DNA from: an uncultured Planctomycetia bacterium
Lineage (GTDB): Bacteria > Planctomycetota > Planctomycetia > Pirellulales > Thermoguttaceae
NCBI GenBank assembly: GCA_963779975.1
Contig: CAWAAL010000024.1
Span: 57,153 to 121,152, forward strand
DNA: 64,000 nucleotides
Direction: 5' to 3'
Shown: piece after piece, positions 41,577 through 49,683 of the stretch
Layout: the number at the start of each line of letters is the position of its first letter
Numbering within the stretch: position 1 is the stretch's first letter
Notes under the pieces: model-generated
What the model was told of the DNA's origin: nothing
What the model saw: only the letters and a program-made list of their open reading frames with translations
The model's database searches: none
Position numbers and translations under genes: made by a program

Positions 41577-43228
41577 ATGAATACGAGATCGAAAACAGTC
41601 GTGACCTTCGTGCTGGTTGTCGTGTTGTCAGCGGGCCTGGCCATGGCGGGCCGGGGCGGAGGCGGCGGTGGAGGCGGGGGCGGCCGTGGCGGCGGCGGGG
41701 GCGGCGGTGGATTCCACAGTGGAGGCGGCGGTGGCGGATACCAAGGTGGAGGCGGCGGATACCACGCGCCTTCTTTCAGCACCCCGCGCAGAGTTTTAGC
41801 GAGCCGCGCCAGAGTTTTAGCGAGCCGCGCCAGAGTTTCAGTGCGCCGCATCAGAATTTCAATGCCCCGCGTCAGACTTTCAACACGGCGCGTCCCGGCG
41901 AGACGTCGGCGTCGCGGCCATCGTTGCCGCAGAATGCCGGGGCCAACCGCGCGGCCTTTACGCCAAGCAACCGGTCTGGAACCGGCGAGCGGCCAGGAAT
42001 TGCCAACATGCCCAATTGGGACAACCGCCTGAACACCGGGAATCGCGCGAACGCCGGGAATCGCGCGAACATCGACAATCGTGCGAATATTGGGAACCGG
42101 GCCTACGTCGCAAACCGTCCGAACCTCGGTAACAACTTCAACATCAACCGGACGAACAACTTCGTCCGACCGACACATGGCGATTGGAACCGCGGCGGTT
42201 GGTATCACGGGGATTGGCACGGCAACTGGAATAACTCTTGGAATTATGGGCCGGTGGGCTGGTGGGGCACCGGCTACTGGGCCGGTGACGCTCTTTCCGC
42301 GACCCCCTGGTCCTGGGGATATTGGCCGTACTACAACCCCTACTACGGCGGGTCGTTCGTCGCCGGCAGTGCCTTCGATTACTCGCAGCCGATCGTGGTG
42401 GCCCAGGCGGCCGTCGCGCCGGCCGGCGCTCCAGCGGGTCTGACCGCCGAGCAACAGGCAACTCCCTTGCTCGATGCGGGGCGCAATGCCTTCATGCAAG
42501 GCGACTATGCAACCGCGCTGGCCCAGGTGGACCAGGCCATTGCGCAAGTGCCCAACGACACCGTGCTCCACGAGTTCCGCGGCCTGGCGCTGTTCGCACT
42601 GGGGCGTTACAAGGAAGCGGCTGCCACCGACTATGCCGTGCTGTCTGCCGGTCCTGGCTGGGATTGGACGACGCTCAGCGGCCTCTATCCGGACGTGGAC
42701 GTCTACACGACACAACTCCGCGCCCTGGAGCAGTACGCAAACTCGCACCCGGCCGACTCGGAGGCGAGATTCCTGCTGGCCGAAAATTACCTGACTTGCG
42801 GCCACACCGCTGCTGCCGCCGCACAGTTCCAGGAAGTCGTACAACTGGATCCCAAGGACCAGTTGTCCGCCCAACTACTCAAGAGCATTTCCGGAGCGGA
42901 TACTGCCACGCCCGATACTGCCCAACCGGCGCCAACGAAGCCGGCCGATGCGGCGGGCCTCGTGGGCAACTGGACCGCGACGCGCGCCGACAGTGCCACG
43001 ATCAAACTGGCCCTGGCCGGCGATGGAAAGTTCACCTGGGCCCTGGATCAGAACGGCAAGCCGCAACAGTTCAGCGGCACGTATACCGTTGCCGACAACC
43101 TCCTGGTCCTTAAGCAGGGCAACAATCCCATGATGGTGGGCCAGGTCGCCCCGCTTGCCAGCAACCGTTTCAATTTCAAGCTGGCGGGAGACAACCCCAG
43201 CGACCCCGGCCTGACCTTCGTGCGATAA
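41577..43228 (+). CDS. secreted Gly-rich / Asn-rich / TPR-repeat protein; apparent frameshift ~41780 (c-run) joining ORF 41577.. to ORF 41549..43228
   Basis: signal peptide 'MNTRSKTVVTFVLVVVLSAGLAMA', poly-Gly, 5x7-aa 'PRQSFSE' repeats, 'NRANAGNRANIDNRANIGNRA', TPR-like 'ALAQVDQAIAQVPND...EFRGLALFALGRYKEA'. Confidence 0.6.
41784..41888 (+). repeat. 5 x 21-bp tandem repeat (coding, PxQ[ST]F[SN]x heptads)
   Basis: ccgcgcagagttttagcgagc / cgcgccagagttttagcgagc / ... Confidence 0.75.
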
Positions 43229-43339
43229 GGATCGGCGGGCTCGAGATTCGGACCACCCGACCCCATCTTGACCTGCGCGGCCGCGGGTGCGACAATGCTG
43301 TCGTACTTGGTCCTAAGGCCATTGGTGAGTCGGACGGCC

Positions 43340-43918
43340 ATGAAATCGAGCCGATCTTCTCGTGTCACGCAACTCCTGGAGAAACCCGGACCGGGGGACC
43401 GCCCTGCCGCAGAGCAGTTGTTTGCGGACGTCTACGGCGAACTGCGATCGCTTGCCGCGCGATACCTGCACCGGGAACGAAAGAGCCATACGCTTCAGCC
43501 GACCGCGCTGGTTCACGAAGCCTACTTGAAGCTCGTCGGTCAAACGCGCGTGGATTGGCAGGGCCGGGCCCATTTCCTGGCCATTGCCGCTCACGCCATG
43601 CGAGAGATCCTCGTCGATCATGCTCGGCGGCATAAGGCAAAAAAGCGGGGTGGCAATCGGCATCGCATCGCGCTGGACGACAACCTGGCCGTCGAGTCCA
43701 ATCGCGACGTGGACCTGTTGGCGCTGGAAGACGCCTTGGCCAAGCTCGCAAAGCTCGACCCGCGCCAGGCCCAAATGATCGAACTCCGATTCTTTGGCGG
43801 CCTGGACATCGCGGAAGTCGCGAAGGTGATGGGGATGTCCAAACGATCGGTGGAGCGGGAATGGACCATGGTTCGCGCCTGGTTGCGGCGGGAACTCGGC
43901 AGGAGCGGCACGCCATGA
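43340..43918 (+). CDS. ECF sigma factor (Ser/Thr-kinase-associated type)
   Basis: 'LFADVYGELRSLAARYLHRERKSHTLQPTALVHEAYLKLV', 'AQMIELRFFGGLDIAEVAKVMGMSKRSVEREW'; stop overlaps the kinase ATG. Confidence 0.8.
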   Translation: MKSSRSSRVTQLLEKPGPGDRPAAEQLFADVYGELRSLAARYLHRERKSHTLQPTALVHEAYLKLVGQTRVDWQGRAHFLAIAAHAMREILVDHARRHKAKKRGGNRHRIALDDNLAVESNRDVDLLALEDALAKLAKLDPRQAQMIELRFFGGLDIAEVAKVMGMSKRSVEREWTMVRAWLRRELGRSGTP

Positions 43919-45002
43919 ATGCGGAGCGCTATGCGCAGGTCCGAAGACTGTTCCTGGCCGCGTGCGAGCTTGCCGAAAGTGAGATGGGCGCGTTTCTCGA
44001 TCACGCCTGCGCGGGCGATCCCGAGCTTCGCGAGGAACTGGAATCCCTGCTGAAGCAACCTCGCGCGACGACCATCATCGGCACGTCAAGCGAAGACGCC
44101 GCCCGCGGCAAGGTCCTTTCCCCCCTCGCCCATCTTCCGCAGTGAACTTGTTCCCGCCGATATCCCCCTTGAGGCGGCACGGGCTGGGAATCCGTGGCGT
44201 TTTTCGCCGGGTGAAATCATTGCCGCCCAGCGCTACAAGATTCTGGGGCCGCTGGGCGGAGGCGGCGCCGGCGAGGTCTACAAGGCGCACGATCAGATCA
44301 TGGATCAAGACGTGGCGTTGAAGTTTCTCGCCCCCGGGCAGAGCGGCGGCGACCCGACGTGCAGCCGTTTCGTGAGCGAAGTCGCGATGGCCCGTGAAGT
44401 TGCCCATCCGAACGTGGTCAGGGTCTACGACGTCGGCCAACTTGCCGACGGCGAGGTGTTTCTGTCGATGGAGTTCATCGACGGCGAAGACCTTGCGTCG
44501 TTGCTCCGCCGCGCCGGCAGGCTCTCGCCTGAAAAGACCGTGCAAATCGCCCGGGAACTGTGCGCCGGGCTGGGCGGCCGCGCACGATCATGGCGTGTTG
44601 CACCGGGACCTGAAGCCGTCCAATATCTTGATCGACGGAGACGGTCACGTGCATATCGCCGATTTCGGCATTGCGGCTTTCGTTCCCACTGCCGCAGGCG
44701 AGATTCCTTTGGCCGGGACACCCGCTTTCATGGCCCCCGGGTTGTTTCACCACAAGCAACCCTCGAAACAAAGCGACCTCTATGCGCTGGGGATCGTGCT
44801 GTATGAAGTGGCCACGGGAAGGGAGCCCTTCGGCGGCGTGCCGGCCGACGGCCTCCAAGCCGCTGCCGAACTGGTTCCGCCTTCGGTGCTGTGTCCCGAA
44901 ATCGGGCCTGCCCTGGAACGGGCCATCCTGCGGTGCTTGGAAGAAGATCCGGGCCGGCGGCCCGAATCCGCGGAAGCTGTTGCGGCCCTTCTGCCGCGAT
45001 AG
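43915..45002 (+). CDS. Ser/Thr protein kinase with the N-terminal ECF-partner domain; 2 apparent frameshifts (~44120 c6-run; ~44580 +g)
   Basis: 'MNAERYAQVRRLFLAACEL...PELREELESLLKQ'; 'YKILGPLGGGGAGEVYKA', 'VALKFL', then 'HDHGVLHRDLKPSNILIDGDGHVHIADFGIA', 'SDLYALGIVLYEVATGREPF'. Confidence 0.7.
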
Positions 45003-45007
45003 GTTCC

Positions 45008-46570
45008 CTAGTTGTCCACGTCCTTCCGGAGGGGCAATTGGACCACGATCCGGGTTCCCTTGCCCAAGCTGCTCGTGATGGTCGCGGATCCCCCAAACAA
45101 CTTTGCGCGTTTCTGAATTCCTTCCAAGCCAAAGTGGCCGTCGCCGACTTCACGGGGATTGAAGCCGATGCCCCAGTCTTGGACCTCAATCAGAACGTGC
45201 CGGTTCCGCCGGGTCAACCTGACGAGCACGCGCTCGCTCTGGCTGTAGCGGCGGGCGTTGGCAAGGCCCTCTTGCAGGATCCGATAAATGGTATTTTCCG
45301 ACGCGGGCTCCCACCGCTCGCCGTCGAGGTTATGGACGAACTCGATCTCTGGTTTGCCCGGAGCGCTGCCTTGGGAGATAAGGTCCTCGATGGCAGCCAC
45401 CACGCCGCATTCGTCCATGAGCGGTGAACGCAGTCCACGGATCAACCGGCGTGCTTCCCGCATACAGTCGTCAAGCGCTCTTAGTCCAGTCTCGAAACTC
45501 GTCCAGACCTCGCCGTCTCCCTCTCCTTTGAACCGGCTGAACGCCGCAAAGTGCGTGATCGCGGCGGCGAGTTGCTGGACGAATCCGTCGTGGATTTCGC
45601 AGGAAACCACTTGTCGATCCCGGTCCTGCAATTCCAGCAAGTGGCGGAGATACTGCTGCTCCTTGAGCGACTGTTCCTCTGTCTGCCGACGCTCCTTGAT
45701 CTCCGGCCTCGACGGTTCGGCGGCTTGATCGCGGCCAAGCCCGGCGGCGTGCCCAGGGACGGGATCGGTATCCAGGCCCAGGAACTGCGGACCTTGCGAC
45801 GCCCACTCGGTCGGGTCCAAGGGCCCCGTGACCCTAGTAAGACCGAGATCCAGCGTGCGGAGTTGTCTCAACCCCTTGAGGTGCTCCATGCCGGCGTCGC
45901 TGACCTCGGTGCCGCGGAGGCCCAGCGACTGGAGTTGCCTCAATCCCTTGACGTGTTCCAGGCCGGCGTCCGTGACCTTGGTGCCGCCGAGGTCGAGTTC
46001 TCGAAGTCGGGGCAGACCCCTGAGGTGCTTCAGATCGGCGCCGGTAGCCCAGAAGCACAATTCTTCGAGTTCGGGCAGACCGCGGAGGTGCTGCAAACCG
46101 GCATCGGTGACTTCGGTGCCGCCGAGCCCCAGTTCTTGGAGTTGCCGCAACGCCTGGAGGCGCTTCAGACCGGCGTCGGTGACCTTGGCGCCGCTGAGGT
46201 CCAGCGTCTGGAGTTGGGGCAGATCCTCAAGGTGCTCCAGGCCGGCGTCGCTGACCTCGGCGCCGCCGAGGTCCAGCGTCTGGAGTTGGAACAGACCCTT
46301 GAGGTGTTCCAGACCGGCGTCGCTGACCTTGGTGCCGCCGAGGTCCAGCGTTTGGAGTTGCGTCAGCCCCTTCAGGTGTTCCAAACCGGCGTCGCCGACT
46401 TCCGTGTGGGAGAGATACAACTCTCGGAGCAGGGGCAAGTCCTTGAGGCACTCCAAGGCGTCGTCGTCGAGCAGGCACCAGGAGAGGTCAACGGATATCG
46501 CAACGTCGCCTCGCAACAACTGGATCTTGGCAATCGCCTCTGCGCAATCCGGGTAATCTGGCTTCATCAT
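45008..46570 (-). CDS. cytoplasmic leucine-rich-repeat (9 x 24-aa LRR) - HisKA_3 - HATPase_c sensor histidine kinase
   Basis: repeats 'LxxLxxLDLGGTKVSDAGLEHLKG'; 'VVSCEIHDGFVQQLAAAITHFAAF' (HisKA_3 H-box); 'LQEGLANARRYSQSERVLVRL...DWGIGFNP...GLEGIQKRAKLFGG'. Confidence 0.75.
   Translation of the reverse strand: MMKPDYPDCAEAIAKIQLLRGDVAISVDLSWCLLDDDALECLKDLPLLRELYLSHTEVGDAGLEHLKGLTQLQTLDLGGTKVSDAGLEHLKGLFQLQTLDLGGAEVSDAGLEHLEDLPQLQTLDLSGAKVTDAGLKRLQALRQLQELGLGGTEVTDAGLQHLRGLPELEELCFWATGADLKHLRGLPRLRELDLGGTKVTDAGLEHVKGLRQLQSLGLRGTEVSDAGMEHLKGLRQLRTLDLGLTRVTGPLDPTEWASQGPQFLGLDTDPVPGHAAGLGRDQAAEPSRPEIKERRQTEEQSLKEQQYLRHLLELQDRDRQVVSCEIHDGFVQQLAAAITHFAAFSRFKGEGDGEVWTSFETGLRALDDCMREARRLIRGLRSPLMDECGVVAAIEDLISQGSAPGKPEIEFVHNLDGERWEPASENTIYRILQEGLANARRYSQSERVLVRLTRRNRHVLIEVQDWGIGFNPREVGDGHFGLEGIQKRAKLFGGSATITSSLGKGTRIVVQLPLRKDVDN
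45850..46420. repeat. ~72-bp near-perfect tandem DNA repeats encoding the LRR units
   Basis: recurring ...ccggcgtcgctgacctcggtgccgcggaggcccagcgactggagttgc... blocks. Confidence 0.7.
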
Positions 46571-46670
46571 TCACTATTCCTTAATTCGCTCCCTACTGTT
46601 AATGCGAAATCCGCGCTGTGCGTCCGCCAGATTCCGAAAATCGCAGACGCGGAAAAAGACGACAATCCAC

Positions 46671-46862
46671 TTGCTTTCCTCATGCCGCGCCATACAATGG
46701 TTAATGGAGGGGTGGCGAAGTCGAAAGCCGCTCGCCCCAGAAGTGAATTGGAAGTCGTCGGACGACTAGATAAAGAGCAAGCCGGCCGTGCCGGGGGGCT
46801 CGTTAGTGAGTAAGCCGACGTGGCGGAATACCTCCGGGTGTTCCGCCACGTCGGCTTTTTTC
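46671..46862 (+). ncRNA. multi-copy promoter-RNA element, copy 9 (variant: TTGCTT -35, tcgtcggacgactag core)
   Basis: -35 46671-76, -10 TACAAT 46693-98; core gtcgtcggacgactagataaagagcaagccggccgtgccgggggg; TTTTTT 46855-61. Confidence 0.65.
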
Positions 46863-46899
46863 GTTCTTGATCGTTTCTTAACCAATACAGAGGATCGTC

Positions 46900-47115
46900 A
46901 TGAGAAGGCTGATGTTCGTGGTCGTTTTGCTCGTGATCGGCATCGCCGGCTTCGGGTATTACCGCGGTTGGTTCGCTTTCACGGTGGACAAAGACAAGTT
47001 CCACCAAGATGAACAAACAACCAGGGAAAGGGTGCAAGGCGCCGGGCAAGAGGCCAAGGAAAAGGTCGACAATCTGACTGGCGGCAAGGTCAAAGAACCC
47101 CAGCGCCAACCCTGA
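46900..47115 (+). CDS. small N-terminally anchored membrane protein (71 aa)
   Basis: 'MRRLMFVVVLLVIGIAGFGYYRGWFAF...'; RBS cagaggatcg. Confidence 0.45.
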   Translation: MRRLMFVVVLLVIGIAGFGYYRGWFAFTVDKDKFHQDEQTTRERVQGAGQEAKEKVDNLTGGKVKEPQRQP

Positions 47116-47200
47116 GACTTTACACTTTGTGGATGCTAATCACGGACCATGTTGGCATTTCGCCAACTTGGGCACACTATACGTGAAGGAGAATTTGATC

Positions 47201-47377
47201 ATGTTACGGCTTGCTATCGTGTTCCTCGTCATCGCCCTGATCGCCGGGTTCCTCGGCTTTGCAGGAGTGGCACAATTATCCTGGGACGGAGCGAAGATCC
47301 TCTTCGTTGTCTTCCTGATCCTCGCCGTGCTCTCTTTCGTGGGGCACGGTTTCCGGAGGCGACCCTACTGGGGGTAA
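47201..47377 (+). CDS. DUF1328 (UPF0391) small membrane protein
   Basis: 'MLRLAIVFLVIALIAGFLGFAGVAQLSWDGAKILFVVFLILAVLSFV'; RBS gaaggagaat. Confidence 0.6.
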   Translation: MLRLAIVFLVIALIAGFLGFAGVAQLSWDGAKILFVVFLILAVLSFVGHGFRRRPYWG

Positions 47378-47384
47378 CGCATAG

Positions 47385-47571
47385 TTGCCTTTTTCCCCTT
47401 GCGGCGTATAATGATGGTGCTGGCAGAACCGCGACGCACTTCATCGCGACTCTGGCAGTGAAATTGTCGGATGACTAGATAGAGAGCAACCCGGCCGTGC
47501 CGGGGGGCTCGTTAGCGAGTAAGCCGACGTGGTCGAATACCTGCGGGTGTTCCGTCACGTCGGCTTTTTTG
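47385..47571 (+). ncRNA. multi-copy promoter-RNA element, copy 10 (complete), directly upstream of hsp20
   Basis: -35 TTGCCT 47385-90, -10 TATAAT 47407-12; hairpin; core tgtcggatgactagatagagagcaacccggccgtgccgggggg; TTTTTT 47565-70, 29 nt before the ATG. Confidence 0.7.
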
Positions 47572-47599
47572 TTTTCTTACCCGAAAGGAAGGTGCCACA

Positions 47600-48010
47600 A
47601 TGTCGGAAAACCGCATCAAGATCGCTCCCGAGACAGTAGCGTATGCTGACTCGGAGACGCGCAAGCTCGTGGTGGAATTCGCCATCCCGGGAGCGCCCAC
47701 GGATTCCATCGACGTGAAGATCCTGGGAGACAGCATCCACCTGACGGCGCCCGCAAGGGACATCGAGTATGTTTCGGCCCTGGCTTTAGCCTGGCCGGTG
47801 AAACCGGACAAAGCCGAAGCGATCTACGAGCACGGACTGCTCCGCATCGAGGTGCCCTTCAAAGATCCGATGGAGGATGCCGTGAAGGTTGCCATCAAGA
47901 CAGCCGGTACCGAAACCAAGCCCGCAGTAATCGCGACTCCAGCGGTTCCGCCGGCGGTTGGACGCGGCAGTAGCAAGCCGCTGGCCGTCGAACCGGCCTT
48001 AACGGTCTGA
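47600..48010 (+). CDS. Hsp20/alpha-crystallin family small heat-shock protein
   Basis: 'ETRKLVVEFAIPGAPTDSIDVKILGDSIHLTA...AIYEHGLLRIEVPF'; RBS gaaaggaaggtg. Confidence 0.7.
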   Translation: MSENRIKIAPETVAYADSETRKLVVEFAIPGAPTDSIDVKILGDSIHLTAPARDIEYVSALALAWPVKPDKAEAIYEHGLLRIEVPFKDPMEDAVKVAIKTAGTETKPAVIATPAVPPAVGRGSSKPLAVEPALTV

Positions 48011-48138
48011 GCCGCGGGCCTTAACGGCCTGAGCCACGCCAGGGCACGCGTTGCCCCAGGCCTCGGTTTCTCAGCGGCGACAGGCTGTTGATCACGCTAA
48101 CTGCCGTGCCAACTTGCACGGCCATTTGGAAAGGCCGC

Positions 48139-48339
48139 TTGTGCTTCTCTTTCCGTACGGTATAATTGGAGTGTGCTGCGAGGCGGCGGAGAGCTCCGCG
48201 CGACTTGCTGACGCAGTGGATTTGAATTCGTCGGATGACTAGATAAAGAGCAACTCGGCCGGAATGGCCGGGGGGCGCGTTGAAGAGTAAGCCGACGTGG
48301 GCGAATGCCTTTGGGTGTTCGGCTACGTCGGTTTTTTTG
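48139..48339 (+). ncRNA. multi-copy promoter-RNA element, copy 11 (most divergent)
   Basis: -35 TTGTGC 48139-44, -10 TATAAT 48161-66 (16-bp spacer); core tcgtcggatgactagataaagagcaactcggccggaatggccggggggcg; terminator gccgacgtgggcgaatgcctttgggtgttcggctacgtcggTTTTTTT. Confidence 0.6.
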
Positions 48340-48349
48340 TTTTCTGCTT

Positions 48350-48421
48350 AGAACGTTCGGAAGAAATTGGTGCGAGTCCCGCGTTTTTCCAGGGCTTCCG
48401 CCCATTTCTTCCGAATGTTCT
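48350..48421 (+). promoter_or_regulatory. 5'-UTR hairpin paralogous to 40454-40525 (18-bp inverted repeat, 1 mismatch), 27 nt upstream of ATG 48448
   Basis: agaacgttcggaagaaat ... atttcttccgaatgttct. Confidence 0.55.
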
Positions 48422-48447
48422 TGGGAAACCACCACAGGAGGTGATCA

Positions 48448-49683
48448 ATGAATAATGTTCGGCCGCTTTTCGTATCGACCTATCCGCCGGAAGCCTGCGG
48501 ACTGGCGACCTTCACCCGCGACTCGGCCGACGCCGTGGACATGGCGGCGGGCGCGCGCGTCTCGTCGATTGCGGCGATCCGGAAGACCGCCGCGCTTTGC
48601 TACGACGATCCGCGCGTAGTCCACGTCATCGACAATGGCCGCCCGGACGCATACCGCCTCGCCGCGGAGGCGGCCAACGACGGCCCCTGGGACGTGGTGA
48701 GCTTGCAGCACGAATTCGGCCTTTATCCCGACGATTGGGGCCGACGCGTGCTGGACTTCGTGCGCGACTGCCATAAACCGATCGTCACCACGTTCCACAC
48801 GCTCCTGACCGAGCCCACCGCGCTGCCGCGATACATCATTCAGAAATTGGCGGCCCGCAGCCAAGGCGTCATCGTGATGACGAGAGTCGCGGCGCGGCTG
48901 TTGGAGCAGATCTACCAGGTGTCCGGGGCAAAGGTACAGGTGATTCCCCATGGCGTGCCGGAGGTTCCCTATCAACGCGACGGCTCGCACAAGACACGGT
49001 TGGGGTTCGCCGGCCGGCAGGTGATATGCACCTTCGGACTGATCAATCGAGGCAAGGGACTCGAATACATGATTGGGGCCATGCCGCGGATCGTCGCCGC
49101 TTGCCCGGACGCCTTGTACTTGATCGTGGGCGTTACCCACCCGCAGGTCAAACGGCAGGAGGGCGAGGTCTACCGAGAAAGCCTGGTCGCGATGACCGAG
49201 AAACTGGGCGTTGCCGCCAACGTCCGTTTCGTCAACAAGTATCTCAGCCTGGCCGACCTGCTGGTGCATTTGCAGGCGTGCGACGTGTACGTTACACCCT
49301 ATCCGGGCAAAGACCAGATTGCCAGCGGCACCTTGGCCTATGCCTTGGCAGCCGGCGGCGCGGTGGTCAGCACCCCCTACCTCTATGCCGAAGAAGTCCT
49401 GGCCAACGGGCGCGGTCTGCTCGTGCCGTTTGGTGAAAGCCGTGCCATGGCCGACGCCACGTTGCGGTTCCTGACAGACCCCGTGTTCCAAATGGAGACT
49501 CGACGCAAAGCGTACCGCTACGCAAAACCCATGTTCTGGCCGAACGTGGGCCTCAGGTACTTGGACTATTTCACGCGTGTTTCCGCCCGCAGAACGGCGG
49601 TCGTCCCCCCATACCACCGAGAGTTTGTGACGTCAGGCAGCGAGCGCGAGCCCGTGCAGGTCGTACAAGCAGGAGGCATCTGA
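48448..49683 (+). CDS. GT4-family glycosyltransferase
   Basis: '[16 protein letters not shown]', C-terminal 'EGFGLPAL'-region analogue '[31 protein letters not shown]'; RBS aggaggtga. Confidence 0.7.
   Translation: MNNVRPLFVSTYPPEACGLATFTRDSADAVDMAAGARVSSIAAIRKTAALCYDDPRVVHVIDNGRPDAYRLAAEAANDGPWDVVSLQHEFGLYPDDWGRRVLDFVRDCHKPIVTTFHTLLTEPTALPRYIIQKLAARSQGVIVMTRVAARLLEQIYQVSGAKVQVIPHGVPEVPYQRDGSHKTRLGFAGRQVICTFGLINRGKGLEYMIGAMPRIVAACPDALYLIVGVTHPQVKRQEGEVYRESLVAMTEKLGVAANVRFVNKYLSLADLLVHLQACDVYVTPYPGKDQIASGTLAYALAAGGAVVSTPYLYAEEVLANGRGLLVPFGESRAMADATLRFLTDPVFQMETRRKAYRYAKPMFWPNVGLRYLDYFTRVSARRTAVVPPYHREFVTSGSEREPVQVVQAGGI

Noticed and set aside
10249-48339. Assignment of the conserved leader to a known riboswitch class (ykkC/guanidine, ydaO, GEMM, T-box etc.)
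   Set aside because: None of the signature motifs I can recall for those classes is present; copies are too similar to each other (including promoter and flanks) for an ancient aptamer family. Left as an unassigned element; needs an Rfam/Infernal scan.
10249-48421. Could the 11 repeats be a CRISPR array or CRISPR-like repeats?
   Set aside because: Units are ~185 bp (not 24-48), spaced 0.7-8 kb apart with genes in between, are not interleaved with similarly sized unique spacers, and no cas genes are present.
11238-48435. Many listed ORFs translating the repeat element on the opposite strand (e.g. 11238..11564, 12597..13055, 17732..18862 part, 38305..38556, 40255..40530, 46567..47109, 47512..47811, 48097..48435) giving recurring peptides like 'KKPTWRNTRRYSATSAYSSTSPPA'
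   Set aside because: They are the same DNA repeat read in an arbitrary frame; there are stops in other copies, no RBS, and the peptide conservation simply mirrors DNA identity.
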